A stretch of 63,944 bases of DNA, filler included, from Polymyxa betae A26-41 (GCA_003693705.1; 9 parts of 9 records of this genome joined end to end with filler, not necessarily neighbours in it), one strand, 5' to 3'. Shown: positions 12,460-24,204, counted from the first letter of the whole stretch. A program made the numbers and translations. Notes: generated by a model from the sequence alone, not told the origin.

Positions 12460-12724
12460 TGTTAGGATCGAGTAAAAAGTCCCCTTTTATTGGTAAGATA
12501 AGCGGTGCGATGACCCGGGAGCAGAGGGTAGGACGCGGGGGACCGGTGTCCTGCAACGGAGCGACGTCAGGGAGCCCTCGGAGGCGGAGCGGCGGGGCAC
12601 GGAGTGGAGCGGAGAGAGGGTCGGAGTGGAGCGGTGAGGGGATCGTAGTGGAGCGTAGGAAGGACGTACGGAGCGGTGCCGGTGAGACGGAGGCGGAGCG
12701 GAGACGGTCGGAGGGGAGTCGGAG
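12460..12724 (-). mobile_element. Probable LTR end truncated by the contig break
   Basis: TGTTAGG terminus interrupts the chromodomain remnant; TTTATT (minus-strand polyA signal); GC-rich until the gap. Confidence 0.5.
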
Positions 12725-12824
12725 NNNNNNNNNNNNNNNNNNNNNNNNNNNNNNNNNNNNNNNNNNNNTTAATTAATTAANNNNNNNNNNNNNNNNNNNN
12801 NNNNNNNNNNNNNNNNNNNNNNNN
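12725..12824. other. Artificial contig linker N44-TTAATTAATTAA-N44 (also 21473-21572, 33133-33232, 44012-44111, 48872-48971, 53485-53584, 56141-56240, 61062-61161)
   Basis: Eight identical 100-nt blocks whose core gives stop codons in all six frames. Confidence 0.99.
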
Positions 12825-13770
12825 CTTCTTCGTCGCTTAACCAACCGTCCCGTGATAGAATCGATCATGTTTCTGGTCCGGAGCGTGATTGGGGTTTCTG
12901 GGCCCGTCGGATCGGTCATCTGGTTCATATTGGATTTTCATTATAGCATTAGAGCCTAATCATATCGATCCATTAATTGTTATGATATTTCATCCACTTA
13001 TGTGGCCCATTTACGCCAATATTATTCATAACAATTTCTTTTTCATCAACACTCCTAATATCGGCTGCCCAGCTGTACTTTATTCTTCAATTTAAGCTTG
13101 TGCGAACTTATCGTTTCGCATTTGGTGCTTCTCGAGCTCATATTATGATTAATCAATCATTTCATTTCAACAATAAAAAATAGGTTTTGTCTATGAGCGT
13201 TTTGTTGTGAATTATTTGAGAGATGCATTTCTGTCGGGTTGTTGTTGATATTTCGAAATCTTCAGTCACGAGACTCGAGGCTGAATCACGACCTCACAAA
13301 GGTGTCAGTTAATCCAGCACACTGTACTCGATTCGATACACTAAACAGGACTTTGTATCCGCAATTCGATACTCTTGTTCAATATATCGAATGATCATGC
13401 CCAAAGTCTCGCTAAGCATTCCCAAGTGTCAAAAGCCCCCAAAAACGAACACTTATCCATACAACGTACCATCTCAGAGACATGCAAACCGATCCCATCC
13501 AAACAATGCCCTTTCTGCAGTCAGCTCATTCCAAAAATCTCTAATTGATCTGGGGGCATGGCCAAACCCGTCGTTCGCCGAATGTTGGAGACTGAATTTG
13601 GCGGAATATCATTCAATAAGGGCCAATATACGGCTACGGGTTATATTGCCAATTGGTCCTGAGTCTATTGATGAAGATCGGTGCCTGGCTCACTGTTCTT
13701 AATTCTATAAAATTCATACGAATCTGCCTTCTAACAGCTTCATATAAACGTTCGACCCAGTCGTGCTCAA

Positions 13771-14454
13771 ATGACCACAAAGCTCTGTGTTATGGCAGTT
13801 ACGAAACCGTCTTCTCTGAAACAACGAAAATCTCCATATTGGTATAATGATGGCGATTTCATCTTAGATATTCAGCCACCCGATGACTCCGAAGCCTCAA
13901 AACAGTTCCGCGCCCATAAACTGATTCTGTCCCTTGTGTCCGAATTCTTTCATAATATGTTCAAAGCTGGAGCTATCTGGAAGGAGAATCACGACTATAC
14001 AGCTGGTGGGGCCATTTTAGTGAAAATTGAAGATGAATACCCCAGCAGATCCGTCGCTGTTTACAACAATCGGGGAGCTTTGCGTAACAGGTTTTCAGAC
14101 ACGGTCCGCGGTTTTTGGACCCATTCTGTACTTTGCCAGCTGCGATGTTTAAAGAACTGCTATCAAGGTGATATTCGGACATTTGTAGATCATTTGGGCG
14201 ATACTATCATGACATCAATTCGCTGGGACCTCAGATGCCCGGTACGGTCTCACCAGATGGATTCCAGAGACGAAATTGCCATCTTATGTTCTCCGCCTTC
14301 GGATAAGAAGCGGCTGATATCTGAGGCAAATCCCGATGGAATAATGTTACCTGAAATTGAGCCTGTATCATTAGCAATATGTGACCAATCATCTGATTCT
14401 TCCACACATCCTGAGTCCCTATCCGATACATTCATGATCTGCGAAGATCATTAA
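13771..14454 (+). CDS. BTB/POZ domain protein (probably degenerate or spliced)
   Basis: GDFILDI...KQFRAHKLILSLVSEFFHNMFK is the BTB N-terminal signature; similarity fades after about 14050. Confidence 0.7.
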   Translation: MTTKLCVMAVTKPSSLKQRKSPYWYNDGDFILDIQPPDDSEASKQFRAHKLILSLVSEFFHNMFKAGAIWKENHDYTAGGAILVKIEDEYPSRSVAVYNNRGALRNRFSDTVRGFWTHSVLCQLRCLKNCYQGDIRTFVDHLGDTIMTSIRWDLRCPVRSHQMDSRDEIAILCSPPSDKKRLISEANPDGIMLPEIEPVSLAICDQSSDSSTHPESLSDTFMICEDH

Positions 14455-14704
14455 ATAAGTGGTGATCACTGAAATGGGGAATGCCGCTGTCGTACTAGAT
14501 TTCAGGCGCCTTCTCTTTCCCGAAATCTACCCGATTCTTAAAGAAAACTTCACTGGTTTAGCGGCTGCTGCAAGAATATAAATACTTATCATGTATTCTT
14601 CGAAAATTTGTAGCGTTAGCGGTAATGAGACAGCCTGAAGGAGAAACGTAGCTATGAAAAATTATCAGATCAATCAACTGAAACCTTTTTTTAGGAATTT
14701 TGAT

Positions 14705-15622
14705 TCAGAGTTGTTTCGGACCAAGTGCATCAGATTGGAGATAATCACCAAATGTTTCCAATTTAAATTGTTTCCCATATCGTCGAATAAATTCGTTGAT
14801 ATTTCCATGACAGCGATAATCGAGACATGATAATGTTGGACGTACTTGATGGAAGATAAATGTGATTAATTCAGCAGACCAGAATAGTTCTGGAACATGA
14901 CGACAGATATCATCAATATAACGGCATTCAACTAAGATACTTCGTGGATCCATTCCATACAGAGCCTCGCGGAAATAATAATTCAGACGACCCTCCGAGT
15001 CCTTACAGAATCCGAGAGGGAGTAATTTCGATATGGTGGATGATGGTGTGTTATGAGGAAGAGAGATGCGTGTATCTGTGGAATGAGAGATGGAACTTGT
15101 GGTTGTAACAATACTATCAGATGTGGATGGATAAGTAGATGATATTGTGCATGTTGTATATGATGGACATATTACAGAGTCAATAGATCCCAATCCGGGC
15201 GATAATTCCGTCTTCTGAACAATAATCAAAACATATCCGAATTGCATTCGTAGCAAAAGGTTCTGCATTCAATCTAAAGGCATGAAAAGTTTTTGAAAAT
15301 AAAATCTGAAACAAACTATTGTAAAAAGTTTTGTTACATCTGTGTTGAGTGGATGTTGAATATCATGCTGTATAATGTCCATCAGCTGTGATGATGTGGC
15401 GGACGTATTCCACTCGTCACTCATCATGTCGAAAATTTCATTAATTTCATGTTCTGGTAGTGGTGAGATAGAATTTATCATAGATAACAATCTCTGGGCG
15501 TCAAACTCCCCTTCCAGTAAATCGGCGTCCGCATCGGATAGAGAGAGAACCCGCTTCGGGGCTGCACCTGCCAGGGACAAGCAGAGGCCCAGCAGCAGTA
15601 ACGTTATACCACGTTTCATCAT
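14705..15622 (-). CDS. Predicted secreted protein / candidate effector (spliced or frameshifted)
   Basis: N-terminus MMKRGITLLLLGLCLSLAGA-APKR is a clear signal peptide. Continues into the adjacent 187-aa ORF with a Ser/Thr-rich tract. Confidence 0.6.
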
Positions 15623-15839
15623 TCAGATTTCGTGACACTTCCACGAGCTTGGTGAAGGGAGGTTTTTGCGTGGAATATTCCAAACTGGGCTGCGTCACTG
15701 GAACACCTTCTAAACAAAGTCCGTGACCCCAACTGGTACACCAACTCCTGCCTGGGGCCAGTACCACCCCGAATCACAGTGACAAAATCCCTTGAATGAA
15801 TGCAAACAGGATTGTATTATGAGTCGGATTTCGTGATGT

Positions 15840-18547
15840 TACCATCCGGTAAGTTTATCCGGAGGAGACTGTGTAGGCGGGGACTTCGGAGTGGATGGAA
15901 TAGTGCTGGTCGTTACTACAGTTGGGGTCCGCGGGGTTGTTGTGGCAGTTGCCGCACGGGGGGGGGTCGTTTTGGGCTTCGCGGTATGCTTACGAAGTAC
16001 AGTCGCTAATCGAGCAGTTTCCTAGACATGAGAGTTGGCATTAGGGTTTCTAGGGTTAGGGTTTGAAAGCCGACTGACCTGAGGTATGATGGTAGTTCCT
16101 GTATCTGTATAGATATATTTAGGTATTTGTGAATGTTCTTGTGTAAATTGTTCTAAATCTTGATCTAGTTCATGAAATCTCATCTCATCGTCCTCGATAT
16201 ATGAAGGATCCGTCTCTGAAGATATTCGACCAATATGTAATGTTACACCTTCGGCCTATCATCATACAATTATCAGACAGAGACGCAGACTCGGTATAGA
16301 ACCATCTGAAACTTCACGATACTCAGTAGGATGGGATACCCGCCCCACAACCCCAAAATGTAACATCATACCGAGAGATTCGAATCAGGTCGGTGTGAGG
16401 CCGCTCGTGAACATCGCGATCGTGATACACTGTTACACACTGTTTATGTTACATCAACATGTAGTTAACTGCATGAAACAGTTCCAAATCCAGGTCAAAG
16501 GGAAACATAAACGATTTGCCACTGACGTGCGCTGATGTAACGTTTGTCGTGTAACATGAGTAATCGTCTTAGGAGAGGCCGCGCTCCTCGACTTCGCTCC
16601 AGTAACATCGAGTTTCTGAATACATCCATCTATATGATGTAATGTACCACGCATTTCACATGTTCTTATACGTCCATCCATCTCACTACTTAGATGTGAT
16701 AATGCATCACATAACGACTCAACAGATCGACGTAGATGACGCTACACATCACTGTCACTTCATGTTACCCACATCACTACTGTGTTCATGTTACCGTTTC
16801 GTTACAGCTGCGTTCCTGCAACCGATCGATCTGCGACTGCATCGAGTGGGCTGAGGCCGCCGAAGTCAGCTCACACGGGCGTGCTGGCCCGGCACGTGTA
16901 GAGACCGCGTCACGGAGGCGGCGTTCGCACTGTCCAGTTACGGTTTCATAGAGCTCCGCCAAATTCGACGGTAATCGGGTTTCGAGCTGATGCACCTGAC
17001 AGGAGTCGATTAGGATTAATGTTACATTTCTAGCATTAATCGTTACAATATGTTACCTTGTCCTGAGTCAGGCGCAGAATCTTGGCGATCGTATCACATC
17101 GATCCAGAGTCTGTTCGTGACGTTCTGCGAATAGAGCGGCATTTGAGTTGACTGCAGACATAACTTCAACGACGGGGTCCGTGACGGTATCCGCCTCTGA
17201 TCGTGATCGTGGATTCTGCTGTGCTTGAAGTCGATCTGTAGACTGTATCAGGAGACGGATTTCATCCTGTCGGCGACTCTATATAGAAACCCGTTAATTA
17301 ACATTAAGAGACTAAATCCGGAGTTTACGGACTTTCTCGAACTCGAGAGCACTCGCAACAACATTCTTGATCTGAATATCGATCTGTGATCGAATTGATT
17401 CAATATCCTTCTGTGATATATCTAATCCTATCATATCTCATATATCAATATCATACTGATATGGAATTATGTTACAAATAGATCTCAACAGCTTGCAATA
17501 CACAAAAATGTGTCAAAAAATTTCGGATAAATGAATGTAGAAATGTATAGAGGTAGAGCCTAGAAGTAGTCCTACTCTGTGTCAATAATGCTTCTTGGTC
17601 CTGCATATTCCCTATACAACGTTGTATGTTGGTAGATTCAGCCTCAGTTCGGGCTTCAAGTCGAGATTGTTGCTGCTGAATCTCTTGTAGGGATTTCTGC
17701 GTTTCCGAGCTCATTGCACTCTACATATCGAACAATATCGTTAACAGACAACAAGGGTGCTTAGGGTTAGGGTTTAAGCGTAAGTTTAACAAATGTTTGA
17801 AATTTCGGATGCGTTTACCAGGTGTTTCTGTAGTGTGTTAATGCGATCCGTATGATGATGTATACTATGCCAACATGAATCTTGACGTTCATTCATCTCT
17901 TGTAATTGTTGCTTTATTAATGAGACCGCGCTCTCATCTGACTGTTGCTGACTGCTTAACGAGCTTAATTTCTGCTCTATAACCGTCTAATCAATAATAT
18001 CAGCGACTTTATAGCCGGAATACAGTGAAAGAAGGCGCCAATCCATGGCCAGAGACGGAACCATTTTCTGAGGAAAAAATTGCAGTTACAACAACATACA
18101 GATTTGTGAGTATTCTCCCTGGAGACGCGATCTAATTGCTGCCTTAATACATTCTGATCCGTTACAATCTCCTCTATATGATCTCTGATTTGCCCGAACT
18201 GTGTCTCTACGGTAGATCTCTGCACCTACAATCAGACACAGATAGATTCCGGTGAACTCCGTACTAATTGTAGCAGACTGGATTCTATAGCAGTCCATAG
18301 ATCATTGCCATGAGTGATGGCATCATTAGATCCACGCTGTATTAGTGCAGATCTGTATCAATACACAGCGATGTCGGATGATGTTACATCTGACCTCTGC
18401 TCGATCAACTTTGATTCCGATCTGATACAGTTCTCGACACATATTAGAAATTAATCGAGTTAAAGGTGGTGGTAGACCACGCAATGCATCACGAGGAAGA
18501 TCACCGATATCATCTCCATCCATATCCATCACGTCGGTCACAATCAT
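15840..18547 (-). CDS. Multi-exon hypothetical coiled-coil protein
   Basis: Chain of short minus-strand ORF pieces rich in Q/E/R/L (QKSLQEIQQQQSRLEARTE, IRDHIEEIVTDQNVLRQQLDRV) separated by about 40-60 nt GT...AG segments; Pro/Thr-rich end. Boundaries approximate. Confidence 0.55.
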
Positions 18548-18741
18548 GTAACATTACCGAGACCGATCATCAGGCCGTACCTGTCCCTGGTTGATAGATC
18601 TGGCTAACACATGATCTGCATACTGTATAATAGAAGACAATAACGCGATCAATGAAGGGAACCAGAAGCGTGGTAACGTAAACTGCGAGAGGATAATACA
18701 GTACTTCTAATCAATGATTATTATGGGTATCTGTATCAAAG

Positions 18742-18870
18742 AGTGGGTGAGGTTTGGAGAGGGTTTGGATGAGGTTTGGAGAGGGTTTGGGTGAGAATGA
18801 GTGGGTTGGTTATGGGTATGGGAGAGTATGGGAGAGGTTTGGTGTGTTGTTGGGTTGGGTGTGGGAGAGT
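18742..18870 (+). repeat. G/T-rich low-complexity tract (GAGGGTTTGG-like units)
   Basis: Repeated ggtttggagagggtttgg; essentially no C on the plus strand. Confidence 0.8.
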
Positions 18871-18902
18871 AATATTATCTATCGGTAATACAGTTAATAC
18901 TC

Positions 18903-19522
18903 ATTTAAACAATCCTTCTTGCTTCCTCTTCGCATCGTCAATGGTATGAAATGACTTATCAATCTTAAATTCGGCTCGTTTTTATAATAAAGTTATATTT
19001 TACATATTTCGTGATTGCTATGTGCTTTATATCGTTTTGATGAAGGTCTACAAAACCTGGGCAAATTTTCTCATCGTTGTCGATTTTCTTTTGAATAATT
19101 ATATCGCGAAATGCAATGGCATCGTCAGGACTTTCAAACGTCCTGTCAATATTATTCCGTTATTTGAAAGAAAATCGCACTCTATAACCATCTCTGTCGT
19201 TTCTTTTGACGACATTTCAATATTCATTATTATCGACTCCATTCTTTTGTATTGTCACCCATTTCCATGTTATCAAGGCTGTTATTCTGCTTATTCCTAT
19301 CAGTATGATCAACAACAGGATAGTCGTTGGGATTGTCTATAAATGTTTGAGCAAGCAGCCGATGAAGTTATCTAGTATATCTCGTTTTCTCTTTGTATGG
19401 AGCTACTACGACAAATCCATTAGAATCTGCATGCTGCTTGATGAACCTATTTCTGGGATATATATTCCCATTGAAATCAATAAATTTCTCTGGAATTCGA
19501 TGAGACGTTTAAATAAGACCAT
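18903..19522 (-). pseudogene. HNH endonuclease with C-terminal AP2-like DNA-binding module(s), phage/giant-virus type
   Basis: Not in the ORF track. Minus frames give FNGNIYPRNRFIKQHADSNGF...LHRLLAQTFIDNPNDYPVVDHTDRNKQNNSLDN/KWVT, then GYRVRFSFK*RNNIDRTFESPDDAIAFRD. AT-rich, no obvious introns. Confidence 0.8.
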
Positions 19523-19999
19523 TGTAGAATATAGATCAGACCTTTGTAGAATATAGATCATTCGCATTTAATAGATGTGCGCCGGCCACGGAGTTGCCTT
19601 ATTCTTACTTTTTGTCGTTGATTGTGGATGTCAAGAAAGACATCGTGAAGGCCACGGCGAGGTTGCAAGAGGCGGGGAAGGATTGTCACAAGGCGAAGGC
19701 GGATGGAGACATACCTTTGATGCAATTGTTTGGTAGAATGGTCGCTGGCTATGGCACCGATCGATTCGGGTAGTACCCGAATTAGTTCCAACGCTCTTTT
19801 CTTTAATAGCTAAGATCTTATTATTGACTGTTTTTCCAAACATCATCGCATTTAAAGTCTCCGGGGGCAGAACGTGACGCCGAAGTCCAATTTCATCCCC
19901 TTCGGAGTTGAAAATACGCTCAACAGAAACGGAAGACCCAGTTATTTGGGAATGACAATGAGGAAAGCCACAGTCAATACGAACTTCTGAAACGTTTAT

Positions 20000-20105
20000 A
20001 CAATGTTTGGGTTTTCGTGCCGGGTACAGCCTTCAACCCGAACACGAACCGGACCCGACCAGAGCTCGGGTTTTCGGGTTGTACCCAAACCCGATCGGAG
20101 CCCTA
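20000..20105. mobile_element. hAT-like terminus
   Basis: Clustered ACCCG/CGGGT subterminal motifs ending in GAGCCCTA (TIR TAGGGCTC). The partner end was not found. Confidence 0.55.
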
Positions 20106-20259
20106 TCGCTGGCTATACAACGCAGCTCGGCGGCCTCAATACTCGTCTCGCTGGTCTCGAGGCACTCCAGCCAAAACCGGGTAATATCACCCAATTTTTT
20201 TCATAGTTTGCATTTGTTTTCCCTAACCGAAGTGCCCAAGCACCATCCAATGTCACGGC

Positions 20260-20726
20260 GCTTGTACTGAAAGCGATACTGAGCCGTTTTTTCAGGCACA
20301 GACGATTTTCTCAAGGAAGCTGTATGTCAACGCATATTTCTTTCCGATCTTGCAGCAGAAACTCCTCCTTCTATCTGTATTTGTTCAGAGCTTGGAAAGC
20401 GATTCCCTGCAAGTACACAAGAACAGGCATCGGAGATCAGCGGGGAGATCGATTTCTATATTGATGGGGATATTCGTTGGGGATCAGAAATTTTGACCAA
20501 GGGCGATCGTGCTGGTCAACATTTGGCACGCTGTCGCCCAAATGGTAAATACGGTCCGCTTGACTTGAAGGACTACGCGATGGTCGATTTCCGGCGTGAC
20601 GATAGCAAAATTTTGCCAAAGCTTGAGCGTGATGGCAAACCAATCACTGCTCTGTTTCCAACTGGTAGTTTCCGAAGTTGCAAGGTTTTAATTGGGTTAT
20701 CTAGAAGCCCTGTCTTTCTTTCTTAA
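20260..20726 (+). pseudogene. Crinkler (CRN)-type C-terminal restriction-endonuclease-like domain remnant
   Basis: FLKEAVCQRIFFSDLAAETPPSICICSELGKRFP...ISGEIDFYIDGDIRWGSEILTKGDRAGQHLARCRPNGKYGPLDLKDYAMVDFR resembles the oomycete/chytrid CRN REase module. Confidence 0.75.
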
Positions 20727-21572
20727 AAGCCATAATCTGAAACCTCATCGTCTCAGTTTGAATCTGATAAAGTCTTTGCAGATTACCGCATCCACGAGGT
20801 AGACGGAGTCTTCGTAGTGGAGTAGTGATAGTTACTGAGTTCGTAGGAGTATAAGGAATTATCTACGAGTTATTGAAGACAATACCGCGATCAATGAAAG
20901 GAATCCGAAGCTTGGTAACGTAAGCTGCGAGAGGGTAATACAAGTATTTTTACTGATATGAGTAATACATGTTGTGGTTAGGGACGCATTACACAGATTG
21001 CGACGCCCTCTTGAGATGATCCTGATTTCAACACACGGCAAAGTCTGAGCGGAATACAGCCTTCCGATGTATTGAAAATCAAATGAATGAAAGAAGGAGC
21101 ATGGGAGAGGACGACTCTGCAGTAACGGCATGCATAAGAACAGAAACTTGTGCACTAGGACGCGGCCTTCGAAGAGGCGCGGCCTTGAGTGAGGCGCGTC
21201 CTGAACTCTGCACTCATGACCAATTTCAAGGCGCAGCCCGTTCCTGTATAGCCAGGGGGCTGCATTCTCTGTGTCACCTGTCATGACCAATTTCATATCA
21301 TGATAATCTGGATAATCAGATGATCGTGTTGGGTCAGCGACGGACGAGACCTAACGTCCGGGGGGGCTGAATCTTGAAAGCGGGCGGATTAGTCAGGGTG
21401 TTAACCTGAAACTGTGTCTGTACAATCACTACAATGACGAAGGCGATCGTCATTGCGAAAGTGCGTGGTTGTNNNNNNNNNNNNNNNNNNNNNNNNNNNN
21501 NNNNNNNNNNNNNNNNTTAATTAATTAANNNNNNNNNNNNNNNNNNNNNNNNNNNNNNNNNNNNNNNNNNNN

Positions 21573-21819
21573 TCCCTGACAGGGTTGTACCTCTCTCCCG
21601 AATGTTCGCTTGTCTTTGCAGCGAAACTCCACGCAGCTATATATAGAGGCAAGTGGGACTCTTAATCTGTTAGACGGGAGAGGGTTTTGAACTGGAATGT
21701 GTTTGAAGAAGTGTTTTATTTGATAGCATGCAAGCGGAAGACAATGCTTCCGGTTGAATTAGCTTGAGTCAACGCTATTGATATCTCGAGATTGATCTAA
21801 CAGCGCTCATATGCTAACA
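21573..21819 (-). mobile_element. Copia-type 5' LTR (21819-21668, 152 bp) + tRNA-Lys-half PBS (21667-21654), truncated by the gap
   Basis: TGTTAGCAT...TCTAACA, then GATTAAGAGTCCCA. Near-identical reverse complement of 43696-43942. Confidence 0.88.
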
Positions 21820-21827
21820 CAGGGAAA

Positions 21828-21900
21828 GCCGACATAGCTCAGTTGGGAGAGCGTACGACTGAAGATCGTAAGGTCGCGTGTTCGATCCACGCTGGTGGCA
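21828..21900 (+). tRNA. tRNA-Phe (GAA)
   Basis: Cloverleaf with D-arm GCTC/GAGC, anticodon arm TACGA-CTGAAGA-TCGTA, T-loop TTCGATC and a T6 terminator. Acceptor stem has one G-U pair and one A-G mismatch. Confidence 0.9.
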
Positions 21901-22606
21901 TCTTTTTTGCATCTCCCTCGAACATACAAAAGTGCTTCTAGCTGCTGTTGAATTTGCGAATGGTTTGGTGTCCAATTCATCTTCTAGTGCCACCAGTATC
22001 GCGATAGCGAAACAGTCGGCTATGGTCGGCTCTGTAGTTGCTGGAACTTTCTCCCGCAGTTCTTTTAACTGGAGCGTTCATATTTACCTGTTGTGATGTT
22101 TTACGACCTACTATATAAAATGCAATTATATTGTGTTCTAATTGTCTGTGTCCATCGTTTGTGAGATATGACCGACGAGAGAGACGGATCAAGCAAATCG
22201 GACTGCAACCAACAGCTCTTACGTTATCAGAATCATTTCAGCATTAGCCAGATCTCGAAGTTTAAAAATTTGATGGAGCGTCATTGAAGCAAACAATGAC
22301 CAAATCCGACTCAACCAAATACCGCAGACATATTTCCATAATTTGGGTAGATTGCATGAAATCGGCAGATCGTACAAACTGGTAATTCGCGCATAGGATT
22401 CCGAAATTATCCAAACCGCAAAAAAGCCATGCCTGTTCGAAAACTGAATTGGATTGGATTCGACTAGTTCGCTGACTTATGGTCAACAGGCGGCGCTCTT
22501 TTCGAAACGCATGGCTGGAAAGTTTAAGCAAATTGCCCAAATAGATTCCAGAGCCCCTAACTAACGATTTCGGGGCGTCACAGTAATTCACCCGTCTGCT
22601 CGAAAA

Positions 22607-23620
22607 CTACAAAGGACCAGCTGCCTTCCAAAACTCTATTTCCTGTTTCATAGAGAAGTCCGCGGTGCTGATTTCAGTTAGAAATGCGATAAGACCAACA
22701 ATACAGATTTCGATTATGCTGAATATGTATTCCACTCGAGCTTTCTTGTTCATCGAAACTGTCAGCAAGCCCTTCATTCTGTCGTGAACATATTCCTTGA
22801 CTTCACGATCTTCAGTATCTAATAGTTTGGGAATAACATCACCGGGATATTCATATGGACAGTCTAATAGACGATCCAGGATAGCTCGAGGAGCTGCATG
22901 CTTAACCGCTGCTTTGATTAATTCCCCCCGATGCAAACGCATCCCCTTGCAATCGAAATCGGCATATTGCGCTAGCAGATTAAACGTATCGAAATCTCCC
23001 TTCGTTAATGCGCATTTCATGACGTCGAATCCGCCACAGTAATCCGTCAGCCAATTCTGTCCCATTGGCAATTCGAACATAATACGAAGCATGTCGTGCT
23101 GGCCCTGGTCTCGGAACTTCTTGATGACATCTTCGACCCAGAATTCCGTCCACCAATTGGTGAAGAAAGGCTCGACTTTCGCGAACTGTTCGTACGGAAT
23201 CGGAATATGATAGAGATAGTGCAGGAGCGGGATTCGGACTCCGATTCGCGTCAGCGACCACAGTACTTCCGGGTCCGTCAGCAGAACCTTATCGGATTCG
23301 GAAAGAGGAGATAGGAAACCGACTCCATTCTTCACGATAGTCCCTTCGTATGCACAGCTCGATGACGTTATCTGAGAAGATGGTCGTCCAGGCCACCTTA
23401 TATAATTCATGTTTCCCTCCATCGGGAGTCTTTTCAAAAAAACTGATCGATCACGGATTGGATGTTGTCGACGACTTGAATCTGAATTCGACCTTCGATC
23501 TTCGGAATGCAGAAGACCTTGAATAGACGTTGAACAGTTGGAGTGGAAGGAACTCGTGAATATCTTCGTCTGTCCAGATAGATTCCCGGAACAATATCGC
23601 GAAATATTTCCAAATCGCAA
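22607..23620 (-). CDS. Hypothetical protein with degenerate ankyrin-like helical repeats
   Basis: 337-aa ORF. VMKCALTKGDFDTFNLLAQY and LIKAAVKHAAPRAILDRLL resemble ankyrin cores. Confidence 0.5.
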   Translation of the reverse strand: MRFGNISRYCSGNLSGQTKIFTSSFHSNCSTSIQGLLHSEDRRSNSDSSRRQHPIRDRSVFLKRLPMEGNMNYIRWPGRPSSQITSSSCAYEGTIVKNGVGFLSPLSESDKVLLTDPEVLWSLTRIGVRIPLLHYLYHIPIPYEQFAKVEPFFTNWWTEFWVEDVIKKFRDQGQHDMLRIMFELPMGQNWLTDYCGGFDVMKCALTKGDFDTFNLLAQYADFDCKGMRLHRGELIKAAVKHAAPRAILDRLLDCPYEYPGDVIPKLLDTEDREVKEYVHDRMKGLLTVSMNKKARVEYIFSIIEICIVGLIAFLTEISTADFSMKQEIEFWKAAGPL

Positions 23621-24204
23621 ACAGTAATAAAATCAGTGATTATCGCGGGACATTCAGCCTGGTCTAAATATCTGATCCACATCGATCTAGGAGGGGGTCA
23701 GGCAGGTCTGACAGCGACGACGCCATGGGAGTTGATCCCCGAATCGATGCAGTCAGCCTTGCAAGCAAATGGGAGAGATTCTCGCGCAGTTTTTGAAATC
23801 CAATGCGGCGGGCGCCAAACTTTGTGCGTCAATTTCAAGCAAGTGAATTCTCCTCATCCAAGTTTGCGCACGTCAGCGCAGTTTCCAGAAGCGCGCGTCT
23901 GGAGCAGCCTCTGGAGGCGCGAGTTTAGAAAAGTTTCCCAGTATAAAATAGTTAAAGAGTTTGGTACGCACATTTTTTCTACAGTCCAAACAATAATTTG
24001 CGAAATTTTGCGATTGCAATTGTAAATAAATGTCGCGTACTTTATGATTGAATGATTCTGCCGATAGCAAACTGTAATACGATAATGTTCCGGAAGGACT
24101 CAGATGCCATGAGTCAATATTCTGTTCACTCCATTCGGCGAAGGTGGGTCGTGTCCCAACCTGCTTGAGGCGGTTTTCTTGAAAGGTCGCACCGCTCTAT
24201 AGGC

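Noticed and set aside
12725-12824. Recurring TTAATTAATTAA palindrome between N-runs
   Set aside because: Artificial six-frame-stop linker. ORFs ending in XXX-LIN and any cross-linker gene neighbourhoods are artefacts.
15500-15570. RxLR-dEER effector motif
   Set aside because: The sequence is RVLS, not RxLR, and there is no EER. Reported only as a secreted orphan.
21573-21819. Identity with 43696-43942 as a contig overlap or assembly duplicate
   Set aside because: The outer flanks differ (tRNA-Phe versus a degenerate tRNA) and the copies have substitutions, so they are independent insertions. Both are 5' ends with a PBS, so they are not the two LTRs of one element.
21828-21900. Acceptor-stem mismatch in tRNA-Phe as evidence for tRNA editing
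   Set aside because: A single A-G mismatch at pair 5 is outside the usual 5' edited positions 1-3 and is compatible with a variant or decaying copy.
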